NCBI GenBank assembly: GCA_963713955.1
Contig: OY970216.1
Location: forward strand, 209,934 to 273,933
Reading direction: 5' to 3'
DNA from: an uncultured bacterium
GTDB taxonomy: Bacteria > Patescibacteriota > Minisyncoccia > UBA6257 > GWB1-50-10
Length of the DNA: 64,000 nucleotides
The notes beneath the pieces are model-generated. The model was not told the origin of the DNA. It did not search any database and worked only from the letters and a program-made list of their open reading frames with translations. The stretch's first letter is position 1, and each line of letters opens with the position of its first letter. The translations under genes and the position numbers were made by a program. This document shows positions 9,145 to 19,319 of the stretch, piece by piece.

Positions 9145-11295
9145 ATGACTAGATTATCCATCAAAAAACTTTTCGTCTTCTTCGCTGGGGCAATTGTGGT
9201 AGGGGGAGCGTTTGTGATAACTGGCCATTATGTACTTGCCCTGACGACGGTGCCTGGGGGTAACAATGGCGGCGGGACGGCGGGGAATAATATATCAGTT
9301 CAGATACTGGTTAATGGGGCGTCGAACCTATCCGCCGGTTCGGTAATAGGAAGTAGGATAGACTGCGGAGAGGGAAGCAATATTTGCGGTGGCAGCATAC
9401 CGACGGGTGCAACGAGCGTCACCTTCACGGAGACCCCCGCATCAGGTTACATCTTCAATTCGTGGGGGGGCGATTGCAATAACACGACCGGTAACACGTG
9501 TACCGTGAGTTGGGGTCAAGATCCCACGCCGACGAGCATAAATGTTATTGCTAATTTTGTTTCTTCCCCGGTTCCGTCGCCAGTATCCAGTGCTCTATCT
9601 GTGCAAGTAACCGTCGGCGGGAGTGTCAATAACAGTGCTGGTGTAGTTTCAAGTACGGCGGCGAGCGCGGGAGTTCCTCCTATAAAGTGCGGTGGGAATT
9701 CAACAAACTGCAGCACTAGTTTGAAATTCCCCCCGTCGCAGCGGATTACCCTCACGGCTTCTCCAGCGGGAGGGTACACGTTCTCCGGGTGGAGTTTCTC
9801 AGGGGCTGCTGTTGATACCAATTGTCCGGCGACAGATCTTACTTGCATGGTCGCAAATGATGGGTGGACCACAGCAGGCACCGTCTCAGCCAACTTCACT
9901 AAAATAACCCCTGCTTTTGCCGGTAATATTACGGCGAACATCGTTTACGCGTCGACGACCGGCGGGACGGCGACGGTGTATTTGAGCTGGCCGGCGGCCA
10001 AGAACGCACCGGGAGTAACGTATGCCATTTCGAGAGGTAGCACTCCCGTGGGTAGTACAGCGTCAACCTCATACTATGATACGTCAGCGCCGTTAGGAAA
10101 TTCCGCTACGGTATACAGCATCACGGTAAGCGGTATAAGTGGTAGCATGACGTCTAATTCTCTTGACCTGAACTTACAGAAGGTGCTCACCGGTTATGCG
10201 TGGGCGAACGCCAATGCCTCCACGGTGAGTGGCAGCACTGTGACTACAAAATCGACAAAGTCCTATAACTGGAATAGCGCAAGCACTCCTTTCGATGTGA
10301 GCGGGAGCGCAAGTTCCAATTCTATTACTCTGAGTTTTTCCGAGCCGGCGTCAGGATCTTCTAATTGGTCGCAAGATCCTTCCGCTGATGAAGCCGTCTA
10401 TAGATGTCCGGATTCGGGTTATACTCTCAACTGCAAAAATGTAAGTCAATCTTTGAATGTAAACCCGGGTGGTACGTGGTCTTTTACTGATTCCAATTTG
10501 GTTTTTGCATCGACTTACTACTACGAAGTGGCAACTCATGACCAATATGGCAGCATGTACATAGTATATTTGGCTGCCACGACGAACAGCGCGGCCAACT
10601 ATCAAGGCATCGGCTGGATCAAATTCAGTTCGGACACAACCTCATCGCCGTCGGATACCAATCAGTACGGTGTGTATATTGATGACAAAGGGAATCTTTC
10701 CGGGTATGCCTGGAGCGGGATGCAGTGTCCTTCGGGCCAGAGCGGCAACTGCGGCTACGGTTGGCTCTCGTTCAACGAGAGCGATGCGTCCCATCAGCGT
10801 GGATCGTTCACAGGTGCCGGTCTCACGGATTGGGCAAGATTTCTCACGTTTGCAAACGGCGGGAGTTCCTGGGACGGCTGGGTGAATTTAGGCGGCGTTT
10901 CGTACGATCCTTCGACGAAGATGTTCGGCGGCAGAACGCCGACGTTGCCCGTGGATGTTCTGGGCCAGATGTCTTTCTGCGATCCGAATAACGGAGCGAA
11001 CTATTGCGTCAGGGGAACGCCACCACCGCAGCCGCCGATAATCAAGCCGGTCTCCGCCGTAACGTATAACAGCTTCACGGTGAACTGGACCAATCCGCAG
11101 AAGTATACGAAGATTGAAGTTTATGTCAGCAAGCCAAATAATTCCACTGATTTTAGTTCTCCTCCTGCCGACCAACCGGTATTTGCAACCACGAGTCAAA
11201 GCTACGTCAATGCGACGACAAGTATCCTCTCGGTCCCGGTAAATGCCCTCCCCAATATGCAATATGGCATGTTTGTCAGAGGATATCTAAAATAG
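9145..11295 (+). CDS. Surface protein with InlB B-repeat-like, FN3-like and GYAW/GWISF motifs
   Basis: Two PA.GY.F..W.G..C repeats; LTGYAW, IGWIKF, LSGYAWS..GYGWLSFN, WDGWVNL. Confidence 0.8.
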   Translation: MTRLSIKKLFVFFAGAIVVGGAFVITGHYVLALTTVPGGNNGGGTAGNNISVQILVNGASNLSAGSVIGSRIDCGEGSNICGGSIPTGATSVTFTETPASGYIFNSWGGDCNNTTGNTCTVSWGQDPTPTSINVIANFVSSPVPSPVSSALSVQVTVGGSVNNSAGVVSSTAASAGVPPIKCGGNSTNCSTSLKFPPSQRITLTASPAGGYTFSGWSFSGAAVDTNCPATDLTCMVANDGWTTAGTVSANFTKITPAFAGNITANIVYASTTGGTATVYLSWPAAKNAPGVTYAISRGSTPVGSTASTSYYDTSAPLGNSATVYSITVSGISGSMTSNSLDLNLQKVLTGYAWANANASTVSGSTVTTKSTKSYNWNSASTPFDVSGSASSNSITLSFSEPASGSSNWSQDPSADEAVYRCPDSGYTLNCKNVSQSLNVNPGGTWSFTDSNLVFASTYYYEVATHDQYGSMYIVYLAATTNSAANYQGIGWIKFSSDTTSSPSDTNQYGVYIDDKGNLSGYAWSGMQCPSGQSGNCGYGWLSFNESDASHQRGSFTGAGLTDWARFLTFANGGSSWDGWVNLGGVSYDPSTKMFGGRTPTLPVDVLGQMSFCDPNNGANYCVRGTPPPQPPIIKPVSAVTYNSFTVNWTNPQKYTKIEVYVSKPNNSTDFSSPPADQPVFATTSQSYVNATTSILSVPVNALPNMQYGMFVRGYLK

Positions 11296-11417
11296 CCCTA
11301 TAAATCAAGGTTATTTTGTTTCGTTTGATTTTTTCGTATATTTGTGGTATAATAGTAATCTAGAAATAAGAAGAACGTTTTTTAAAAACTAAAAAGCTCA
11401 GAAAGGAGCGATTCGAA

Positions 11418-12716
11418 ATGAAAACGATCATTCTTTCGGCTTTAATGCTCCTCATGAGCATTGCGCCGATAGATGTTTTGGGACAACAAAGTTCTGTGGC
11501 CCAAAAGGTGAACGGCTGTAACATCAGTCTCAAGTATAGTTGGTTCCCAGGCGGAGGCAGCATCAACGTGAGATCCGTGGCAGTTGTCAATGGAACCATC
11601 ATTGCTGGGACTACTGGCTGGAACGGGACAGCGTTCGTTGCGCCGGTGTATGTTTCTCAGGATACCGGCAAAACGTGGATTCCAATTGATTCCGCGAGAG
11701 GTCTCAATATTCCATGGAACCGGGTTTTCTCAGTATCTGCCGTGGATTCTCATCAGGTTATCATCGGAGCTGATTGTGGGATATACAAATCAATGGATTC
11801 CGGACTGCACTGGATTCAAGTTTATAATGATCCCAATGCTGGTTTTGGAGTATCCTACCTTGGCTACGATACTGTCATAGCCTGTGGTGGCCCCGGCGCC
11901 CTGAAGTCGAATGACAACGGTAATACTTGGCACTATGTAAGTAACGAGAACGTTGGCTGGGTAGTGAAAGCGCCAAATGGAAATCTGGTCAGTGGTATAG
12001 GAAGTGCTTTCGAGAGTGATGCTAAAGGTATCGTGATATCGTCTGATGGAGGGAATAATTGGGAGTCCTCCAACACGGGACTTACCAACAAAAACATATT
12101 TTCCCTGTCTGCCGATAGATCTGATGTCTATGCTGTCACTCATATCGGTGGCACATTTGTATCGCACGATGATGGCTCTTCATGGAGTCCGGTAACCAAT
12201 CTTCCTGATCAAGGGGAAGTTGTATCGACGATAAGTGGTTTGGGTGTGTTCGCTGGTTTCAGCCAGTCGGGTCAGCCAACCCTTTACTGGTCTCGTGACG
12301 GATCGAGTTGGTCTGCGGTCACCGTGTTCGACAATTGGCCGTTCTCGTTTGCTGAATTTGACTCAACCACCGTCGTTATCGGAACCGAAAGCGGCGTATG
12401 GATTGCGCACTTTGATAATCTCACTCCAGTTATCGAGCACCCTACAATTGCCACAAACTTCGCGTTATCCCAGAACTACCCGAACCCGTTCAACCCGACC
12501 ACTGCTATCAGATTCACGGTTTCAAAGAGAAGCTTTGTAACGCTCTCGGTCTACAACGTCCTTGGCCAGTTGGTGAAAACCCTGGTCAATGACGAGAAAA
12601 GTCCGGGAACTTACGAAGCAAGCTTTGACGGTACTTCACTCCCGTCGGGCACCTACATCTATCGTTTGCAAACTGATTTATACTCGCAGACGAAGAAAAT
12701 GGTTCTTTTAAAGTGA
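11418..12716 (+). CDS. BNR-repeat beta-propeller with T9SS type A C-terminal sorting domain
   Basis: Signal peptide; repeated SxDxGxxW; C-term FALSQNYPNPFNPTT...YNVLGQLV..LV...SGTYIYRL...KKMVLLK. Confidence 0.88.
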   Translation: MKTIILSALMLLMSIAPIDVLGQQSSVAQKVNGCNISLKYSWFPGGGSINVRSVAVVNGTIIAGTTGWNGTAFVAPVYVSQDTGKTWIPIDSARGLNIPWNRVFSVSAVDSHQVIIGADCGIYKSMDSGLHWIQVYNDPNAGFGVSYLGYDTVIACGGPGALKSNDNGNTWHYVSNENVGWVVKAPNGNLVSGIGSAFESDAKGIVISSDGGNNWESSNTGLTNKNIFSLSADRSDVYAVTHIGGTFVSHDDGSSWSPVTNLPDQGEVVSTISGLGVFAGFSQSGQPTLYWSRDGSSWSAVTVFDNWPFSFAEFDSTTVVIGTESGVWIAHFDNLTPVIEHPTIATNFALSQNYPNPFNPTTAIRFTVSKRSFVTLSVYNVLGQLVKTLVNDEKSPGTYEASFDGTSLPSGTYIYRLQTDLYSQTKKMVLLK

Positions 12717-12728
12717 TCTTGTTCAAGG

Positions 12729-12764
12729 AGGTTCAGCTTAAAAACTGAACCTCTTTTCCGTTTT
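12729..12764 (+). terminator. Terminator after first T9SS-CTD gene
   Basis: aggttcag.tt/aaactgaacct followed by T-rich tract. Confidence 0.7.
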
Positions 12765-13119
12765 GCGCAGTCTAATTTCCAAAATCCCCACACTCGATGC
12801 TAGTTTTTGGAGAAGAGGGGCAAAAAGATGAGAAGTCATAGGGCTTTCTGGATTTGGTACCCCCTTCATTCTGGAGGTACCCGAGTGAAGCGGTGATTAA
12901 AGGGTTTTGAGAGGTCAGATTGAAGGGGTAGCTACTCCTCGAAATCGGGGTTATGCTGGTAAAAAGTTCGGATTTTGTCCAAGAGAGACAGCTCGCAAAG
13001 TTAGCCGATAAATCTTTGCTAAAATCCTCATCTTTAATAACGAAAGGTGGGTTAGAAGAAAAGTGCCCGGAACGATGAAGAGAAATGGGAGTTGAAATCA
13101 ACTCCCATTATAAACCTAC

Positions 13120-13590
13120 CTAAGAAACATTTTCAATCAAATAGCTACGATTGTTACAAGAGACCTCTTCTCCTTTCTTCCTGCCCATGCATGCACGGGC
13201 TAGCGGAGCAGATGGGGTAAGAGTGGTAACTACCGAGTTGTTCACTTGGATATTTTCCCCTCCGGCCCTCAAAACGATGAAGCAAATTCTGATACCGCCC
13301 GACGTTCCCTTATCTTTCAATTCAATCAATGAACCAACGCTTACAGTACCTTTGTTGTAGTGGATCGGCGTGGTAACAACATAGTTCAGGTCCTCCTGCG
13401 CCTTCTGCAATTGTTGTTGCAGTCCGGCAGCCAAGTGGCTGAGCTGGGATTTTGACGTATCAGAATGGCTCTCACTGCTGCTCGGCGCATCAATGGCGCG
13501 CTCTCTGGTGTCTTTTAAAGAGGCCTCCAATTCTTTCACGCGCCCTCTCAGCAGATCGGCCAGCGCTGAAACGATTTCCTCTTTATTCAT
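13120..13590 (-). CDS. GreA/GreB family protein
   Basis: Coiled-coil N-terminus; VSVGSLIEL and LTPSAPLARACMGRKKGEEV C-terminal domain; SD AAAGGAG; palindrome at 13084-13107 downstream. Confidence 0.8.
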   Translation of the reverse strand: MNKEEIVSALADLLRGRVKELEASLKDTRERAIDAPSSSESHSDTSKSQLSHLAAGLQQQLQKAQEDLNYVVTTPIHYNKGTVSVGSLIELKDKGTSGGIRICFIVLRAGGENIQVNNSVVTTLTPSAPLARACMGRKKGEEVSCNNRSYLIENVS

Positions 13591-13770
13591 GACAAATAGC
13601 TCCTTTCAAGCTTGAATAGTTACAAAATTATGTATACATTTTCCCGTAAACTCTGAACCCATAATGAGCAGGTAAAAAATATCAAATGATTAGGTTCTAA
13701 TAATTAGTAAATCACAAATATGAAGAAAGGTCAACTGCATTCTTCCTCGGAAGGTAATACAATCAAAACT

Positions 13771-14328
13771 ATGGATATTTATTTGGTGACAAGGAATAAA
13801 GGTAAATTGCTGGCAGCGAACAGCGCCTTCGATAACACGGGTATCTTTCTTAAGCCAGTAGAAAGAGACTATCCGGAAATCCAGGCTGATACCAGTGCAG
13901 AAATAGCAAAGTACACAGCCCTTGAGGCAGCTAAAAATTTGGGGGCTCCAGCCATTAGAGAGGATCACAGTTTGGTACTTAACGCACTAGACATCCCAGG
14001 GCCATACATGAACTATTTTGAAAAACATGTTCCTCCGGAGAAAATACTTAAAATATTAGAGCGTTTCAACGATCGCTCTGGTTATTTCGAAGTCGCAACT
14101 GCTTACGCGGAGCCGGATGGCGAAGTGCAGCAATTTTCATTCAGAGTTCCCTTCAGAATCAGCAAAGAGATGCGCGGGAAATTACAAACCGGCTGGAACA
14201 AAATCTTGGTTCTTGAGGGGGAAACGCGTACACTGGCTGAATATCCAGAAACGGAAAGAACGCATATCTGGAATAAAAACTATTTGGCGATAGTAAAATA
14301 TCTCAAGGAAAACTCTAAAATTTCCTGA
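13771..14328 (+). CDS. Ham1/ITPase-family non-canonical NTP pyrophosphatase
   Basis: YLVTRNKGK, PEIQAD, EDHSL..NAL..PGPY motifs; lacks the canonical C-terminal SHR. Confidence 0.85.
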   Translation: MDIYLVTRNKGKLLAANSAFDNTGIFLKPVERDYPEIQADTSAEIAKYTALEAAKNLGAPAIREDHSLVLNALDIPGPYMNYFEKHVPPEKILKILERFNDRSGYFEVATAYAEPDGEVQQFSFRVPFRISKEMRGKLQTGWNKILVLEGETRTLAEYPETERTHIWNKNYLAIVKYLKENSKIS

Positions 14329-14977
14329 ATACGCCACGGAAGACAGAACGCCATCCCGTATTTACCAAGCTCCTATAAGTTGCCACCTTACTCTCTGGTC
14401 TGATTTTTAATTCTCTAAGAAGACCGAGTATCCTCGATTTCGGCAAGAGTACCATATGCAAACCTTCCTTCGTAAGGAAAGTGAATTTGTCCACATTTAG
14501 TTTCTTAAAAGGAACCTTACTATTTTTTGCATAAAACATGTTTATGCAAACGTATCCTCCCCTTTTCAAAACCCTTGCCGTCTCTCCTACAGCCGCTCTC
14601 AACTCTGATAGAGAATCGACATTATGATAAATGCCATTGGCAATAATAACATTGAAGACCGAATCTTTAAAAGGGAGACGTTTCATATCGGCCATAACAA
14701 TTCTTTTATTAGTTTTATTCCTTAAATACTTTTTAGATTTTTCACGTGCACGCCGAACCATGGACTCGTGCAAATCGCAAGCCCACACGTCAAATCCCAT
14801 TTTGAGTAGTAACACGGTATTACGGCCAGCGCCACAACCTACATCTAAAACTTTCACTGACGCTGGATTTTCAAAGTTAGAAAAAAACTTTTCCCAGTAA
14901 GGAGGGGGTGGTAATAAAGAGAATTCCTCTACAATCTTAGGGTCATTCCAAAATAATTCTTCTGGGGATTTATACAT
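14315..14977 (-). CDS. Class I SAM-dependent methyltransferase
   Basis: VLDVGCGAGR, ADMKRLPF, RVLKRGG; start overlaps upstream stop. Confidence 0.9.
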   Translation of the reverse strand: MYKSPEELFWNDPKIVEEFSLLPPPPYWEKFFSNFENPASVKVLDVGCGAGRNTVLLLKMGFDVWACDLHESMVRRAREKSKKYLRNKTNKRIVMADMKRLPFKDSVFNVIIANGIYHNVDSLSELRAAVGETARVLKRGGYVCINMFYAKNSKVPFKKLNVDKFTFLTKEGLHMVLLPKSRILGLLRELKIRPESKVATYRSLVNTGWRSVFRGVFRKF

Positions 14978-16085
14978 TTTTAATGGCTTTGGTAACACGA
15001 TATCCACCGTTCCAAATATGCGTGGAAAATGTTTTCATTCCCCTATCCCTAAAGGCCCTAATGCAAGTTCTAGGATTTTTAGTTATAGCGAATATTCCGG
15101 GTCCTACAGAAGATATTGCCAGAACATCGGCTATATTGTCTTTCTTCAAATACCTCAGGTCATCGCATAATTTGGTCAAACCGGGGTAGGTGAAAGAACA
15201 GTTTTCTATACTTCCCATTTCAAAGCGATATTTGTAAATAACATCACCTATTTTCGAGAGATCGTTACTGACCACCGATGGTAAGACCTCATGCAAGACT
15301 AGATATGCAATATCCTTTCCCCATTTTTTACCGGTAGCCACGAAGCGATGAAGATTTCTCTTTTCCATTGCCATAAGTTCCGCCGCATCAAGATCGGGGA
15401 CATCTTTCGGAATACCGATAACGACTTCGTAGCTCGCCGGTATTTTCATCTCAGCGATGGGAACACTTTCTCCGGCAAGCACTATCATTCCCGCTTTTTC
15501 TATACCACCGGCCGCCGAACCGCCGATGCACTGAACCGGAACGAGATACTCTTCATTGCCATCTATTTCCTCTCCGTGGTTTTGAGCAAGATACGTAATA
15601 AGTACCTGCCGAGGTATGGGATTCCCGTAAGCTTCATTGAACGCACAAGCCACAGCCGCGATAAGACTGCTGCTTGAACCGAGGCCGCAGTGTTTTATCT
15701 CGTTTTCGTTATCAACTTTGATATCGAATCCCTCTTTGAAACCTATAGCTCGTTTCATAAGGAAAGCCGAATGCATAATTAGTGATCGTCTCTTGGAAAA
15801 ATTATCGATAGCTATAGCGGAATCTTTACGTAGCGTTAATGTCACCTTTTTGAACAAGGGAACGACAAATAATATCTCTCCGGGGGTATACTTGAAATTC
15901 TTCTTGACGTCTATCTTACTGGGGTCTATAGCCATGGCATCAAGTCTGCTCGGATATAAAAGAACCAGCTTTCTGTACAAGAGACAGCAGCGTTTTACCT
16001 TTACTTTTATTGGATTAAAAAGGCTCCCCACTTTGAACAGTGAAGAGCCTTTAACTCTCGATAGATTTTTTTTAGTTTTGGGCAT
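14970..16085 (-). CDS. GHMP-fold protein, beta-RFAP synthase-like
   Basis: YPSRLDAMAID, HCGLGSSSS, ISSVGP resemble beta-RFAP synthase motifs PSRLH, H.GLGS and SS.GP. Confidence 0.72.
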   Translation of the reverse strand: MPKTKKNLSRVKGSSLFKVGSLFNPIKVKVKRCCLLYRKLVLLYPSRLDAMAIDPSKIDVKKNFKYTPGEILFVVPLFKKVTLTLRKDSAIAIDNFSKRRSLIMHSAFLMKRAIGFKEGFDIKVDNENEIKHCGLGSSSSLIAAVACAFNEAYGNPIPRQVLITYLAQNHGEEIDGNEEYLVPVQCIGGSAAGGIEKAGMIVLAGESVPIAEMKIPASYEVVIGIPKDVPDLDAAELMAMEKRNLHRFVATGKKWGKDIAYLVLHEVLPSVVSNDLSKIGDVIYKYRFEMGSIENCSFTYPGLTKLCDDLRYLKKDNIADVLAISSVGPGIFAITKNPRTCIRAFRDRGMKTFSTHIWNGGYRVTKAIKNV

Positions 16086-16644
16086 AATGCAGCTTTTGAA
16101 AGAGTATCTTGTCAAGGCTCTCCCGCAAACTTTCTAGATCACCGTTGTTCCATATGTTGAACTGGGCTATTTCACGGATAGTATTTAAGCCCATTCTGAC
16201 ATCCAGATCAAGAAGTTCGTTAAACTCGTCGTCAGAAAGATTCTTCTTCTCACGCGAGTTATAGCGTTCATGTAAAATCTTAAATGGAGCATCTAAAAAG
16301 ACAACTTGATTAGAATACCCATTGACCGATTTTATACGTTCGCTTATGAAAACTATACCACCTTTTGATCGATTGCCAACAATGACTATGTCTTTATGCA
16401 GTCTAGTTTCCTCAGCTCGCATTTTTGCCAATTTCAACTCGCAAACCAGAAGATCGTCCGTAAAGCGCTGGCCGTAATGCCTTTCCCCCTCAGTAATCCA
16501 ATCACCGAAAGAAAGATTAGTATCTTGTTTTTGGTGTATCTGTCTGAGGGTTGGCCCCGAGTCCACTGTCAAAAATCCATGTGGGGCAATTAAATTGGCG
16601 GAAAGGGTTTTGCCAGATCCATGAGGTCCTACAAGGAAGATCAT
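16072..16644 (-). CDS. P-loop nucleoside/nucleotide kinase (NMP/dephospho-CoA kinase-like)
   Basis: MIFLVGPHGSGKT, VFLDAP..IL.ER...R, IWNNGDLE; SD AAGGAG. Confidence 0.8.
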   Translation of the reverse strand: MIFLVGPHGSGKTLSANLIAPHGFLTVDSGPTLRQIHQKQDTNLSFGDWITEGERHYGQRFTDDLLVCELKLAKMRAEETRLHKDIVIVGNRSKGGIVFISERIKSVNGYSNQVVFLDAPFKILHERYNSREKKNLSDDEFNELLDLDVRMGLNTIREIAQFNIWNNGDLESLRESLDKILFQKLHYAQN

Positions 16645-16821
16645 TGTCTTATTTCTCCTTTCGATTGACAAGTAAAACTTTTCCAAGAATACCACATAAA
16701 AACAATAATGTCAAAACATTTGGACTGACGATTTCAACATTGACATGCTAACAGAATTATTTAATAATAAAATTAGGCTCTTTTACAACCATCTAATCAG
16801 TCAGAAAGAAGGTGAAATACC

Positions 16822-17967
16822 ATGAGGGATACTAAAAGATCGTATCTCAGCATACCCTGCCACTGGAGCGAATCGATAATCAGTACAGTTATGAACGTCA
16901 AGCCGGTTAGAAACATTGACGTATCAGATGTATACGGAGTTATGGCAGATGGCGGGCCAGTTGGACATGGAAGGTCAAGAAACTCAGTTGTAGCTATAAG
17001 CAAAGAGCGCGCCGTAGAGTTTAGATCTTTCCTGAAACATAATGGCCTCAGATTTATTTACTTACTGAATGCTCCTTTCAGATTTGAAGGCAACGCAGAA
17101 CAGAAACAATCATTGGACAGCTATCTGGGGTGGATCATTGAAGATTTAGATCCCGATGCTGTAATGATCGCATCTCATGAACTAATGCGTTACGTAAGAG
17201 CTATCAACGAGCAAACTCCAATTCACATATCTACGATTGCCGGCGTCAGAAACAAAAAGGACCTCGTGAAATACTTAGATATAGTTCCCAGCCGCGTGGT
17301 TCTACACCATGATACCGGGAAAGAATTGGAAACGTTGCTGGAATTAGTGCAGTTCTGCCTTAGTGAAGGCATTGAAATTGAACTAATGGCAACAGAAAGT
17401 TGTTTGTTTCATTGTCCAGATAGGCAAAATCATTACGAATCGTTGGCGCATGGTCGTGAGGATAAGCCGTTTCATTCCGTATGTAACGCGAAGAAACTCA
17501 GTCATCCTCGCGAATTTCTTATGTCAGGCGGAACAATACGCCCAGAGGACATCGAGATCTACGAGGACATCGGTATCCATCATTTCAAAATCACTGGCCG
17601 TTCTAAACCAGCAGATTGGCTTCCGGATGTTGTACGAGCCTACAAGATAAGAGAATACAGAGGCAATCTAATCCGCCTGCTTGGCATAGATCCGCTCATC
17701 CACGCCGAGGATTGGATTTACATTGAAAATTCAGCCCTTTCTGGTTTTACAAAAGAACTGCTTGGCGCAAAATCACATCGCGAGAAGATAGCCTGTGCCG
17801 AAAGGTGGATTACCAAACTTTATGCATCTGGACAATTCAAGCTATTGGACGGTTCAGAATACGTGAATAAAGGTAACTATCTCGATTTACTCTCTTGCGG
17901 CAGAATGTCTGACTCGATTATTAACTGCTCTCAGCAAGAAAGTGATCAGTCAATACACCCCGGATGA
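16822..17967 (+). CDS. U32-family Fe-S protein (putative hydroxylase)
   Basis: YG...GHGR, YLLNAP, HISTIAG, ESCLFHCP...HY...C, IRPEDI..Y...G...FKITGR. Confidence 0.85.
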   Translation: MRDTKRSYLSIPCHWSESIISTVMNVKPVRNIDVSDVYGVMADGGPVGHGRSRNSVVAISKERAVEFRSFLKHNGLRFIYLLNAPFRFEGNAEQKQSLDSYLGWIIEDLDPDAVMIASHELMRYVRAINEQTPIHISTIAGVRNKKDLVKYLDIVPSRVVLHHDTGKELETLLELVQFCLSEGIEIELMATESCLFHCPDRQNHYESLAHGREDKPFHSVCNAKKLSHPREFLMSGGTIRPEDIEIYEDIGIHHFKITGRSKPADWLPDVVRAYKIREYRGNLIRLLGIDPLIHAEDWIYIENSALSGFTKELLGAKSHREKIACAERWITKLYASGQFKLLDGSEYVNKGNYLDLLSCGRMSDSIINCSQQESDQSIHPG

Positions 17968-18011
17968 TGGCGATATCATTCGGGGTTGTCTATATAAACA
18001 ATATCCTCGTT

Positions 18012-18704
18012 TTACCGCTTCGCTACCTTTTTCGCAGTAGCGTCTGCAAAGATCTTCATCGTATCGTAAATTTTTAATCTTGGATGACGAGGAATCAATA
18101 ATTGTAAATCTGTGCAAGCCAATATTACATGCTCTATCCCCCTTTGCTCAAAACTGTTAATAATATCTACTAACTTTTTTCTGTCTTGATGGCCATGTTT
18201 ATTTGAGACTAAATGGTAAATTATCTCACCGATTTTAGCCTGTTCGTAATCATGGGGGATAACTTGCTCTATATCGTTCTTGACAAGGAACTTTTCGTAC
18301 AACTTTTTATTCAAGGTTATCCTGGTGGAAATAATTCCAACCCTAGAGATACCTTCTTCTTTCAAGAATTTTACCGTTTCTTCAATTATACTGAGTACGG
18401 GAATTTTGACTGAATTCCTAATGTCTTCAATAAAGGTATGTAAAGTATTGCACGGCATTGCTAAGAAATCAGCACCGGCAATTTCTAATCTTCTTGCGGC
18501 ATCTAGGATAAACGGATGGCACCTTTCTTCGCCAATCCCTTTTACAATTGCATCTTCTTCAACATCGTAGGGCAATGGAACGCTATAAATCAGAATCGGG
18601 GGCCTATTAATCTTGTTTAAATCCTGGCATCGAGAAATCAACTCTAAATAAAACTTGGAAGTTGTTTCAGGACCCAACCCACCTATTATGCCGACCGTTT
18701 TCAT
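18012..18704 (-). CDS. Aspartate/glutamate racemase family protein
   Basis: GIIGGLGP, MPCNTLH, ILACTDL catalytic Cys motifs. Confidence 0.92.
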   Translation of the reverse strand: MKTVGIIGGLGPETTSKFYLELISRCQDLNKINRPPILIYSVPLPYDVEEDAIVKGIGEERCHPFILDAARRLEIAGADFLAMPCNTLHTFIEDIRNSVKIPVLSIIEETVKFLKEEGISRVGIISTRITLNKKLYEKFLVKNDIEQVIPHDYEQAKIGEIIYHLVSNKHGHQDRKKLVDIINSFEQRGIEHVILACTDLQLLIPRHPRLKIYDTMKIFADATAKKVAKR

Positions 18705-18761
18705 ATTTTTATTTATTGTCTGTCTATTCTATCACAAAAACCGAAAACATAATTTCCATTG

Positions 18762-18912
18762 AAGGTGGCGACACTTTTCTCCGGTGTACAACAAACATCC
18801 CGGAAATTACGTTGCTACGTTTAACGGCAGCAAATTCGCAAGCGGTCTATACTTCTACCGCCTGCAAGCTGACGATCTTTCTCTTACCAAGGAAATGATC
18901 TTGATGAAGTAG
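18762..18912 (+). pseudogene. Frameshifted remnant of a third T9SS C-terminal domain
   Basis: KVATLFSGVQQ / (frameshift) HPGNYVATFNGSKFASGLYFYRLQADDLSLTKEMILMK*; followed by the same terminator as gene 25455-26777. Confidence 0.8.
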
Positions 18913-19052
18913 TTTCGAAAAGTCCGTGCGCTTCGCACCTCCGGGCTTTTCTGCGTTTACGCGGCTTGTTTCCTCCTTCCCCTAATTTCTCCAAAACTAT
19001 CCTTATACCACGATCGTGGTGTTAGGGGAGATTTTGGAATCATCCGCCTGTG

Positions 19053-19108
19053 AAGTGACCTTGTTCAAAGAGGTTCAGTCCTAAAAAACTGAACCCCTTT
19101 TCCGTTTT
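19053..19108 (+). repeat. Copy of the stop codon and terminator of gene 11418-12716
   Basis: aagtgaccttgttcaaagaggttcagtcctaaaaaactgaaccccttttccgtttt vs 12711-12764. Confidence 0.8.
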
Positions 19109-19319
19109 ATATACTAATATTTGGCCTCCCGCTCTCCATATACTAATACCCCCAGCAAAATTCGCCTTAACTATTGATGTCCGACGTCAATAGATTGTGG
19201 TTGCTTTAGAATTCCGCCTCCGCGCAAAGAGCTATGCGCAAAAGTGAGGCGCTATAACTAATCATAGCGCCCAATATATACTTGTTTTTCAGTAAATTTA
19301 ATGATATTATTGAAACAAT

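Noticed and set aside
12772-13101. 109-aa minus-strand ORF
   Set aside because: TTG start lies inside a terminator-like palindrome, no recognisable motif; not supported, though not excluded.
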